Virus record (IMG/VR): IMGVR_UViG_3300032288_004702
Coordinates: 1-64,000 of that record
DNA: 64,000 nucleotides
Direction: 5' to 3' (one strand)
DNA from: a virus
The notes under the pieces are model-generated. The model was given only the letters and a program-made list of their open reading frames with translations. It ran no database searches and was not told the origin of the DNA. Numbering within the stretch: the first letter of the stretch is position 1; every line of letters begins with the position of its first letter. A program made the translations under genes and the position numbers. Positions 46,195 through 55,290 of this stretch are shown one piece after another.

Positions 46195-47652
46195 ATGCCT
46201 GGCGTAGTCATTTCAACTTCAGTTAGAACCGGTCCATCAACGGAGACAGTTCGCGAGTCATCTCAGCTCTTCATTGTCGGCCTAACTGAGCGTGGTCCGT
46301 CCGACGAGCCAGTGCTTGTAGAAAGCCTTGCCGAGTTCGAGGATATTTTTGGTGGATACCAGTCGTGGTCGTACACCCATCCAACAATGGAGACATTCTT
46401 TGAAGAGGGCGGAACTCGCGCCTATGTGGCACGTGCCGTTGGGGCATCAGCCACCGTTGGTTCATTGACGCTGGTTGATGACGGTGATGATGATGTAATT
46501 ACGCTTACCGCAAACGGCGCAGGTGCATGGAGCGCCGATGTGGCAGTCAGCGTTTCGCACCCGACAGCATCGACTTTTAAGATTGACATCTGGTATGACG
46601 ATGTTCTTAAGTACACAACTGGAAATGTTTCTAGCGCTTCACAGGCTGTCGGTCGCATTAATCTGAGCGCTGTTGCAACACGTTACGTAACCGCGTCAGT
46701 AGATGACGCCACACTAACGCCAGCAGTTCTTTCTACTACTGCTCTCAGTGCCGGCAACGACCAAAAGGCTCTTGTGGATACTGGCGTATATGCAGCACAG
46801 CTTGAACTCTTCAATGATGCTCTTGGTGCCGGTGCTGTAGTGTGTGCCGAGGATTCAAGCGATGCTATGGGTGTCGAGCTAATTACGCACGCCAATACAT
46901 ATAGCCGGGTTGCTCTATTGTTCGATAGTGAAACAGCGACGGCCGCAGACGTCAAGACAAAGGCACTTTCGCTCCAGGCAGAATCTGGCTCGGAGCACGC
47001 GGCACTGTATTACCCATGGGTAGAGGTTCCTACTGGAACTCCAGGCGTTACACGCTTTATCCCACCGATTGGGTATGTTGCCGGCAAGCGTGCGGTCGCA
47101 CATAACCAGACCGGGCCACATCTACCTGCAGCAGGTTTGCTGTCATCGGCAAAATTCGTGGTTGGGATTAAGAGCGACATCAATAAAACCGTTGGTGATG
47201 ACCTGGACGAAAACTATGTCAACGCTATCCGGGTGATTCAAAACACAATCAGAGTCTATGGAGCTCGCTCGCTTTCTGCTGACACAGACAACTTCCGCTA
47301 TATCACGCAACAAGATGTTGTCAATACAATCGTCACGGAATGCTACCGCTCAATAGAGGACGTAGTTTTCAGCTCAATCGACGGAAGAAACACCATCTTT
47401 GCCAATATCGAATCACGACTAATCTCGATTCTTTCGGTAATGCGCAACATCGGTGCTCTTTACCCCGCATTTGATGCAAATGGCCGCCAGCTGGACAATG
47501 GGTACATTGTGAAGTGTGACTCCTCACTGAACCCAACATTGCAACTGGCTGACGGTCTGGTCAAGGCAAAGGTTGGCGTCCGCGTCAGCAGCGTCGGGGA
47601 CAGAATCGAAATTGACATTGTCAAGTCGAACCTCACTTCAACAGTGGTTTAA
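46195..47652 (+). CDS. tail sheath protein
   Basis: MPGVVI, FIVGLTERGP, YYPWV, PPIGYVAG, VNAIR...VYGARSL. Confidence 0.93.
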   Translation: MPGVVISTSVRTGPSTETVRESSQLFIVGLTERGPSDEPVLVESLAEFEDIFGGYQSWSYTHPTMETFFEEGGTRAYVARAVGASATVGSLTLVDDGDDDVITLTANGAGAWSADVAVSVSHPTASTFKIDIWYDDVLKYTTGNVSSASQAVGRINLSAVATRYVTASVDDATLTPAVLSTTALSAGNDQKALVDTGVYAAQLELFNDALGAGAVVCAEDSSDAMGVELITHANTYSRVALLFDSETATAADVKTKALSLQAESGSEHAALYYPWVEVPTGTPGVTRFIPPIGYVAGKRAVAHNQTGPHLPAAGLLSSAKFVVGIKSDINKTVGDDLDENYVNAIRVIQNTIRVYGARSLSADTDNFRYITQQDVVNTIVTECYRSIEDVVFSSIDGRNTIFANIESRLISILSVMRNIGALYPAFDANGRQLDNGYIVKCDSSLNPTLQLADGLVKAKVGVRVSSVGDRIEIDIVKSNLTSTVV

Positions 47653-47668
47653 TCGGAGGAAGTAACCA

Positions 47669-48166
47669 ATGGCAAAAGTAGCGCAGAGACAAGTACTTGC
47701 AACAATCGTTCCAAGCACTTTTACCAATAACGCTAAGCAGCAAACCAACGTGCAGGTGAACTTGCCGAAATGGAATGAGTTCCGCTTTGCTCAGGTCTCC
47801 GGTGGTGAAATCACCGCTTCTGTGGAGAAGATTTACGAGGGTGGCAAGTCTCGCCCAACCGTACTGTGTGCTCCTTCAGAAATAGGTGACATCACGCTTA
47901 CGGCCCACTACGACGACGACATGAACGCGGCAGAGACGGCAGCCGGTATTGGTGCAAAAATCAAGGGTTTGCGTAAGTATGTGGGTACGGCCTACTACAA
48001 CATTACGGTATCCGTTTACGACTGCGACATCAAGGACCCGACAAACGACCGTGTTTACACAAATGCGCTCCTAGTTGGCATGACTGAGCCAGAGGGTGAC
48101 TCCTCATCTGGAGCCCCCGCTACATTCGCCCTAACATTTGCCATTTCTGACGTCGACGCCGTCTGA
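47669..48166 (+). CDS. tail tube protein
   Basis: Follows the sheath; FAQVSGGE...GDITLT...EPEGDSSS; RBS GGAGGA. Confidence 0.8.
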   Translation: MAKVAQRQVLATIVPSTFTNNAKQQTNVQVNLPKWNEFRFAQVSGGEITASVEKIYEGGKSRPTVLCAPSEIGDITLTAHYDDDMNAAETAAGIGAKIKGLRKYVGTAYYNITVSVYDCDIKDPTNDRVYTNALLVGMTEPEGDSSSGAPATFALTFAISDVDAV

Positions 48167-48172
48167 TTAGGC

Positions 48173-48208
48173 TAGTTGCACGAATGGCACACAGACGTGT
48201 GCTAGTTT
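48173..48208 (+). promoter_or_regulatory. putative late promoter of the chaperone/TMP operon (leaderless)
   Basis: TAGTTGCAC-N21-TAGTTT, with ATG 7 nt downstream. Confidence 0.65.
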
Positions 48209-48215
48209 CTGCGGC

Positions 48216-48767
48216 ATGAGCGAAAATTCATTGTACGTAAGCGAAGACTCCGATGATGCCAAGGGCGGCAAGAAGTCGCCCCAGCGCGACAGCGGCCTAT
48301 CCCAGGTGAAGGAAGAGACTCAACTTGAGCGCCTTCGTTCTGTTGTTAAAAAGAAGGTTGAACGCCCTGTTGTCCACATCCAGGTCCCTGAGCGTCCAGG
48401 CGTAAGCATCCGGGTTAGCCCAAATATCACCCAGAGCCAAATGAAGAACTGGCGAAAGAATGCTGGTGAGGATTCACGAAACGGTCTTGATGCGACAAAG
48501 TTTGCCTGCCTTGTTATTGGACACACCACTGTCGGTATCTGCATGGATGATGAAGAGATTTTCGACGAGAATGGTAATAATCTCAACTTTGCCCACCCAT
48601 CAATTCTTGAGATGACAGAGACAACACGCCCAGTCCCAGATGCGGTTCGAGCAATGTTTGGAGTTGACCCGCACGTTGAGTCGGCTGCACTGGCAATCCT
48701 CGATGCCGCTGGATACTCGGACACGGTTGCGGCGGTGGACCCTACGAAGGAATCTTCGACGAACTAG
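48216..48767 (+). CDS. tail assembly chaperone (gpG-like)
   Basis: Between tube and TMP; ends ...VDPTKESSTN. Confidence 0.75.
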   Translation: MSENSLYVSEDSDDAKGGKKSPQRDSGLSQVKEETQLERLRSVVKKKVERPVVHIQVPERPGVSIRVSPNITQSQMKNWRKNAGEDSRNGLDATKFACLVIGHTTVGICMDDEEIFDENGNNLNFAHPSILEMTETTRPVPDAVRAMFGVDPHVESAALAILDAAGYSDTVAAVDPTKESSTN

Positions 48768-48940
48768 TTGAAGATTCCATTGTCACTTCAGCCGCGAGGC
48801 TAGGGGAACTTTTCCACGTCAACCCATTAGAGATAATGGATGTATCTGATAATGACTGGATGATTCTGCTTGCCTGTGCTAAAGTTATAAGTAACGACCG
48901 CGAAGAGCAAGAGCGAAAGTCGAAGACTCAGGGAGCCTAG
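48743..48940 (+). CDS. tail assembly chaperone -1 frameshift extension (gpT-like)
   Basis: Open -1 frame YEGIFDELVEDS...KTQGA* without its own start, entered at GAC CCT AC. Confidence 0.65.
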   Translation, partial: YEGIFDELVEDSIVTSAARLGELFHVNPLEIMDVSDNDWMILLACAKVISNDREEQERKSKTQGA

Positions 48941-48997
48941 TCCCATAGCTCGGCCGCCTTACACTCACGTGACTTAAAAATCACTCTGGAGTAAGTA

Positions 48998-51900
48998 ATG
49001 GCCGACGAAACAGTCGATATTAAAATTAAGTTTGATGCCCAAACGGCTCAACTTAATAAAGCCATTGCAAAGCTTGCCCTTCTTGAAAAGCAGGTCCAAA
49101 AGCTCTCTAGTGGTAGAGAAAAAGCATTCGCCAAGCGCACAACTCAAGACCTCTTCAATGTAACAAAAGGTTGGAAGAGAAGCTTTGACTTTATAGACGC
49201 CGGTGCCAAAATGGCCGGCAAAGGCCTTACTAAGTTTCTCGGCCTGGCCATCAAGGGCGTAATTATAGAAATGGCAGCACTCGGTGCCGCGATGATTGCT
49301 GTTCACGCGCTTTTTGCGGCTGGGCAATTTTTAATGAAGGCGTATCGAGGGGCAATGCAGATGTTGGCCGCTGGGGCGGCCGGCGTAACGGTAGCAATTG
49401 CTGCTGCCTCCGCTGCAATACGCGAACAGCAGGCTGCCATATTTGCCTATAGAGGAAAGGGTGCACCAGCTTTTGGTTCTGCCATGAACCAAACACGAAT
49501 GGGAATGCGCAACCTCCAGATGGATGCTGACCTAGCAACCCTTGGTGTTGAGTCTTTGAATAAGGCCTACGGCAACATGTCAAAGACGATGAGCACATCT
49601 CAAATAAATACAAGCAAGGGCGCGATAAAAGCCCTCATGGACTTTGGGTCCGCAGGCCAGGACCCAGCAAAAGGCCTGGAGCAGGTTTCTATAGTCATAG
49701 CTGCCCTATCGGACAAGAAAAAGGGAATATCTGACGTCATAACCGAAGCCAAAAAACTTGGTCCAGAAATGGAACAAGCACTTAAGAAGGCAAATGTTAA
49801 GACAAAAAAGCAGTTTCAAGAACTGCTCATGTCTGGGGAGTTGGCCAAAAAGGGTGGAGTAGCCGGACAGTTCGACGCCGTTAACAACACGCTCATAAGC
49901 CAACTAAAAGGATACTTCCAACGCCTGCGCGGTGAATTCGCCGACTTTGGAGACCAATTTCTTGAGCCGCTAAAAGTTGCATTTGAAAAAGTGTTCGGCA
50001 CTATCAGGCGAGACCTACAGCGCGTTATGGGCGCTGTTATGTTCAGCTTTGGAACGCAGGGCGTAATTAACAACTTTTCTGGCGCAATCGAAAAGGCGTC
50101 TAACTGGCTTGTAAAAATGATTCGCGAATACCTGCCTGGTGCTATAGGTATGTTCGACAGAATCGGCGACTGGTTTACACGATTTAAGCGTGGGTGGAAC
50201 ATTGTTCTTGACCAAACTAGACCATTAATAGATGGAGCGCGTGTTCTTTACAAGGCATTTGACCCAGTATGGGAAGCGCTAAAGCGTGGCGCTGGGAACA
50301 TGACCCTTTTTAGGGAGCTGTTGATAGACAACAAAGACAATGTCGAGGAATTCGGCCAAAGGGTTGGAAACCTAATTGATGCCTTGTCTAAGTTCTTTAT
50401 GAACTTGAAAAAAATGTTCATGGACATGCTCCCGTTCCTGAATGACCTAGTCGGTGGCCTAACTGAAGTATTCAAGATGATTTCCGGCATGTTCACAATG
50501 GGCGCAGGGGGTGGGCTGGCAACTGCCCTCGCTCCGCTGCTTGGCTTTGGGATTCTCGGACGAACAATGGCTGGCGTTAAGGGTCGCCTGATGCCTGGCC
50601 AGGGCGTCATGAACCCAAATACTATGAACGTCACAGCTACAAATGTAAATATTGCCAACGCCGTTGGTCCGCGGGCAATGAATAGAACAATGATGGGTGG
50701 AGGTCCTGGCGCTGTTCCAAGCCCATACGGTCCAGTTCTATCTTCTGGTCGACTTCCATCTGGTGCACCAATGCCAGTTGCCCCTGGTGCAATACCAGCT
50801 GGGATGAGCGTTTACCCATCGAGCCCCCTTGCGCTACCTGCAGGAAAGATAAAAGACCTGTCTAAAAGCCCATATAGCACATTTGGGCAAAACGTTAAAC
50901 TCGGAAGCCGGATGATTGTTCGCGGAAGCGACTTTGAGCAAAGAAAGCTTGAGAGGATTACTAGCCGAGAAATGACTGGACGTGGAGTTGGCTACGCAAT
51001 GTTTGGCCAACCAGCAGACCCATACGCAAGCCCGACAATAATGACAAAAGACGGCCCAATAGCTAATCCTCGGTACAACCTGCTTGAAAGCGCTCGGTTC
51101 AGGGCAACACAATCCCTTAATGGCCGCTCAATGGATGAGATTCGCTCAATCGCAACTGCACGCGGAATAACTGTTGGCCCAGACGCAACGAGAGAGGCTC
51201 TTACTCAGCAGATATTACGCAAGAAGGGTGCAATAAAGCAATACAAGGACGAGCCGCGCCCTGTGTCGATAGGCCAGGGTATAGCAAACGATGCTCGTCG
51301 TGGTGCTCTTGCTATTGGCGGGGCAGTTGATAGAGCTCAATATGGAGCCAGACGTTTTGCTGGTGGAGTACGTGGTGGATTTGCTTACATGAACTCTGCA
51401 GCATTTGATGCAGAAAAGGGTGAGTACGTTAATCTCCAGGAACAAAAGGACGCAATACGCGCAAGACGAGACAGAATTCTCCAGCAACGTGGTGGCCGAT
51501 TGAGCAGAATGTCGGCAAATTTACAAGCTTTTAGAGATACGAATCGGGCCAATAGAACTGGTTCTAAATTTGGCAATGCTTATAACAATAAATTTGCCAA
51601 GAGCATGACTGGTCGCATGGGAACGGGAATGGGTTTGGGTCTTGCAAGTCAATACGCCCCAGAAGAAATGCGTGGGGCCATGGCGCTCGGCGCTACAGTT
51701 GCACAGTTCGACCCACGCGCAGGACTTGCCGTAGCTGGCCTTGGTGGTGCCATGAAGGCTAAGGGCGCAATGAAGGGCGCTCTTTCTGGTGCTGCCGGTG
51801 GAGCCGCACTAGGCGCAATGTTTGGACCACAGGCTGCACTTGCGGGCGCTGCGATTGGCCTTGTTTTTGGCGGAATCATGGGTGCCATAAATAAGGGTAA

Positions 51901-53785
51901 AGAAAATATGAAGCAGGCACGTGCTGCGGTTAGGGAGCAGTTCACGTCGCTTTACCAAACTGCTGCCGGTGCAGCTGGTAGCCAAATGGCGCAGAATAAG
52001 CTCCGTTTAGAGCGCGGCGAGAATATAACAGGGCAGACTGGTGCATTTGCCAACATGGGCAAAGAAATGTCAAAAAAGGCAGCCCAGGCAAGGCTTGACA
52101 TGATTGCATCCCTGGAGGCAGCTGGGGCCGTAGGTGAAAAAAATGATGATGGTTCAACCACCTATGACTATCACAACCGAAAGCAACAAACGCTCGATGC
52201 TTATTTTAGGACGGAAAGCGCTAAGGGGCTTACGGCTGACCAGAAAAAAGCAATGCGCAAAGCGGGTGGCACGACAATAGACGCGGTGTTGAAGGAAGGC
52301 GGGCTTCGTGATGACTACGGCAAAATTGATGACGTAAACGCCAAGCGCATTGCAGAGCTATCGAAAGCCACCGGCAAGAGCACTGCAGAACTAGAGTTGC
52401 TTGCCCAAACAATGGGGGTAAACCTATATGACGCAACGATGGACTACGATACGTTGCTCGGCAAATTCACCAAGAACCTTAGAAAAAATAAAGAACAGCT
52501 AAATGCAGCACTGACAGACGTTTTTCTCGCGGGAGCAAATCCATTCGCAAAAAATAGACAACAGAATGAAGCGCAGTACGCACTAAATCAGAACTTCCGG
52601 CAAATAGGCGACATCCTTAGGGGTGGCGGAAGTGAAGCTGAAAAAATGGGTGCTATCAACACCGGCATGGAGCAGGCGTTCTCGCAAATACTTACTGTTG
52701 CTGGTGGAGATGCGTTTAAAGCATACGAAATGTTCAACAAGATGTTCCGCGCCGGAGAGGGCAAGGGGCTATTTGCCGAAAACGCTGAATTTGCTGGAAT
52801 GGACAAATACTTTGCGAATAACCCATTATTCCAAGAAGCTGCATCATCAATAGATAAGGGAGTTGCAAAAGAAGCTGGCACTCAGGTCCGAGGAATTCTT
52901 GCCGACAAAGGCATGACTATTAATGGGGCAAAGCTTGAAAGCATAATTGAATCAATGTCGCCACAGGACAGGGAAAAATTCCTTAAAGACCTGTCTACGT
53001 ATGGTGCTGTGCCACCAGCTGGCGCAAATGCGAAAGGTTTTACAATTAGCCCGCTTCAGGCGGCCCTTGATTCTAAAGACCCAGCCAAGGCGCTGGCTGC
53101 GTTAAACCCAGCATTTGCTCAGCTGGAGATTGGAAAAACAGACAAAGGCGAAATGAATGAGCTGGTAAATGCTGCCGGCGATATGGCAACTGCGCTTGAA
53201 GAGTTCAATAAACTTGTGGGCGGATTTTTTACCGGACCTAACGGTGGACCGGACTGGTGGAATAAAGGGCTAAAAATAACTGGCTCCGGAGACGATATGC
53301 GCCTAATGCCTGGAGATACATCAAGTCCTCGTGGATGGATGGTTGGAGATACATCAACAAGCAAGCTTTCACAGACAATGTCGCGTCATGCGGCAATGAA
53401 TGGTCAATTAACTGGAAAGCGCACGATTACATCAAGTTTACGAAACTATGCTCTCGGCTCTCCAAGTTCTGACCATGCAACTGGGGCCGCATATGACCTA
53501 ACTGGGCAAAATCTTGGACAGTACGCAAAGCTTGTTCACGCTAATGGCGGTTTTGCCGAGTTCCACGGAAGCATGGCAAGCCGTCACCTACACGTAGTGC
53601 CTGGTCCCGGAGTAGGCGACACAAGTACTGTTCGCCCAGTTGCTTCAGTTTCTTCAGGCGGAGGTGGAACAACTAATTATTATTCAATTGAGATAAACGG
53701 CGCAAACGCATCTCCGGAGGCAATAGCAAATATGGTTATGGCCAAAATTGAGGCTAAAGAACGTTCCAACAGGGAGCGCAGATAA
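48998..53785 (+). CDS. tape measure protein with a C-terminal M15/LAS-like Zn peptidase domain
   Basis: 1595 aa, Ala/Gly-rich and helical; ITSSLR...SDHATGAAYD...HLHV. Confidence 0.88.
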   Translation: MADETVDIKIKFDAQTAQLNKAIAKLALLEKQVQKLSSGREKAFAKRTTQDLFNVTKGWKRSFDFIDAGAKMAGKGLTKFLGLAIKGVIIEMAALGAAMIAVHALFAAGQFLMKAYRGAMQMLAAGAAGVTVAIAAASAAIREQQAAIFAYRGKGAPAFGSAMNQTRMGMRNLQMDADLATLGVESLNKAYGNMSKTMSTSQINTSKGAIKALMDFGSAGQDPAKGLEQVSIVIAALSDKKKGISDVITEAKKLGPEMEQALKKANVKTKKQFQELLMSGELAKKGGVAGQFDAVNNTLISQLKGYFQRLRGEFADFGDQFLEPLKVAFEKVFGTIRRDLQRVMGAVMFSFGTQGVINNFSGAIEKASNWLVKMIREYLPGAIGMFDRIGDWFTRFKRGWNIVLDQTRPLIDGARVLYKAFDPVWEALKRGAGNMTLFRELLIDNKDNVEEFGQRVGNLIDALSKFFMNLKKMFMDMLPFLNDLVGGLTEVFKMISGMFTMGAGGGLATALAPLLGFGILGRTMAGVKGRLMPGQGVMNPNTMNVTATNVNIANAVGPRAMNRTMMGGGPGAVPSPYGPVLSSGRLPSGAPMPVAPGAIPAGMSVYPSSPLALPAGKIKDLSKSPYSTFGQNVKLGSRMIVRGSDFEQRKLERITSREMTGRGVGYAMFGQPADPYASPTIMTKDGPIANPRYNLLESARFRATQSLNGRSMDEIRSIATARGITVGPDATREALTQQILRKKGAIKQYKDEPRPVSIGQGIANDARRGALAIGGAVDRAQYGARRFAGGVRGGFAYMNSAAFDAEKGEYVNLQEQKDAIRARRDRILQQRGGRLSRMSANLQAFRDTNRANRTGSKFGNAYNNKFAKSMTGRMGTGMGLGLASQYAPEEMRGAMALGATVAQFDPRAGLAVAGLGGAMKAKGAMKGALSGAAGGAALGAMFGPQAALAGAAIGLVFGGIMGAINKGKENMKQARAAVREQFTSLYQTAAGAAGSQMAQNKLRLERGENITGQTGAFANMGKEMSKKAAQARLDMIASLEAAGAVGEKNDDGSTTYDYHNRKQQTLDAYFRTESAKGLTADQKKAMRKAGGTTIDAVLKEGGLRDDYGKIDDVNAKRIAELSKATGKSTAELELLAQTMGVNLYDATMDYDTLLGKFTKNLRKNKEQLNAALTDVFLAGANPFAKNRQQNEAQYALNQNFRQIGDILRGGGSEAEKMGAINTGMEQAFSQILTVAGGDAFKAYEMFNKMFRAGEGKGLFAENAEFAGMDKYFANNPLFQEAASSIDKGVAKEAGTQVRGILADKGMTINGAKLESIIESMSPQDREKFLKDLSTYGAVPPAGANAKGFTISPLQAALDSKDPAKALAALNPAFAQLEIGKTDKGEMNELVNAAGDMATALEEFNKLVGGFFTGPNGGPDWWNKGLKITGSGDDMRLMPGDTSSPRGWMVGDTSTSKLSQTMSRHAAMNGQLTGKRTITSSLRNYALGSPSSDHATGAAYDLTGQNLGQYAKLVHANGGFAEFHGSMASRHLHVVPGPGVGDTSTVRPVASVSSGGGGTTNYYSIEINGANASPEAIANMVMAKIEAKERSNRERR

Positions 53786-55290
53786 TGGCTGTTGGAAATA
53801 TCGTTTACATCACTGTTGGTTATACAGAAACAGACAACGCGAGCCTTCGCAAGGGATACCCCGTAAAACGTAAGTATAAGCAGACGGAGAATACGCAATC
53901 GCCGAAATTCCCATCTTCATATATGGAAGTGTCCGACCAGCTTTATTGGTTTCCGTTCACGTCTCTTGGCGCATCTGATGAAAACTACATACCATACACG
54001 GTTGGTGATGAGTATGGGTGGTCGGACGACCAGGCGAAGCGCGCACCAGAGATACCGTATTCAAATCCACGGACGACAAAATATGACGACTTCCCTGTGG
54101 GGCAAAAAATTGTGTACGGCGGCTCGATATATGTAGCTACGCGCTATACATTTGATTGGGGCGAAACAAAGTTTGATGTTTCAATTAACCCATACAAAAC
54201 GGGACGAATAAGAAAGTGGCGTAAATTTACAGACACTTCTGATGAGTGGACGCAATACTGGTATCACCCGTTGCTAAAGCGTTTTTATACACTCGCTTCT
54301 ACTGACGAACTTCAAGAGCTGCCGGATTTTGACGAACCGTCACAATCCAGGTGGGACAGGTTCAAGGGCGACGCGAAAGACATGAATCTCAATAACTTCA
54401 CATTTGCTCAAATACGAGAACTTGTATCTACCGGCTCCGCCCTAACCACGGCGCAGTCTGCTGTTCAGTCGCTAGAAGAGAGGTCAATGTCGCCACTTAC
54501 TGGGCAGATTGAAGCTGGAACTGATGTCAGGGTCTCTAGCGTTCAGCAATCGGGGTCTTTTGTAATAAACAATAGTATCGCTGGTCAAAATGGGGAGGGG
54601 CAGCTCCTGCCAGACAACCTGCCGAAGATGATTCAACGCATGAGTACGGGTAAATCTGGTGTTAAAACAGTACTTGATACGTATGTATTTAACCTACGGC
54701 CAAACAATGTCTCATATTCAAATATAGGTATTACATGGACGGAAGTTGACAGGGTTAACAACTTCCCGCTAGTTGACTATAGAAATAACAAACTTATGAA
54801 AATAACTTTCGAGTTTGTTGTTGAAGCTCAGTTGATTGGGATATCAAGCCTTTACGAATCATGTGAAGATAGATTGAAACAAGTTCAGCGCATGGCAAGT
54901 AGGCCAGAGCTTGTAGTTTTTACGAATTTTGACTCATTATTCGGTGAAGTCTCTTTTGACAACTTGACCGCCTCTAATTATCGCGAGTGGGCAATTGTTG
55001 AGATGTCAATTAACTCAATTCAGCGAACACCTGCCGGCACGGATACTGCACAAGGTTCAATAAGCAGAGCAACAGTAAGTATGACAATTCAAGAAGTACG
55101 ACTCTCGCCTGACCAGGTTATTTTTATGCCAAAACTAAGAAAAGTTCCTGGCGTTCCAAATATCCCAACCGACATACCTGACCCAACACCATGTATAGAG
55201 CTTGCAACAGACACAGTCGTTGGAAAGGTGCCAGGCCTGAAATATAGCCCATGTTGGTATAAGAATAGGGGCCTCCCTGTTCCGGGGTGA
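53785..55290 (+). CDS. tail tube initiator/baseplate hub-associated protein
   Basis: Synteny after the TMP; C-terminal half is tube-like (FNLRP.NVSY...ITFEF...ATVSMTIQE). Confidence 0.55.
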   Translation: MAVGNIVYITVGYTETDNASLRKGYPVKRKYKQTENTQSPKFPSSYMEVSDQLYWFPFTSLGASDENYIPYTVGDEYGWSDDQAKRAPEIPYSNPRTTKYDDFPVGQKIVYGGSIYVATRYTFDWGETKFDVSINPYKTGRIRKWRKFTDTSDEWTQYWYHPLLKRFYTLASTDELQELPDFDEPSQSRWDRFKGDAKDMNLNNFTFAQIRELVSTGSALTTAQSAVQSLEERSMSPLTGQIEAGTDVRVSSVQQSGSFVINNSIAGQNGEGQLLPDNLPKMIQRMSTGKSGVKTVLDTYVFNLRPNNVSYSNIGITWTEVDRVNNFPLVDYRNNKLMKITFEFVVEAQLIGISSLYESCEDRLKQVQRMASRPELVVFTNFDSLFGEVSFDNLTASNYREWAIVEMSINSIQRTPAGTDTAQGSISRATVSMTIQEVRLSPDQVIFMPKLRKVPGVPNIPTDIPDPTPCIELATDTVVGKVPGLKYSPCWYKNRGLPVPG

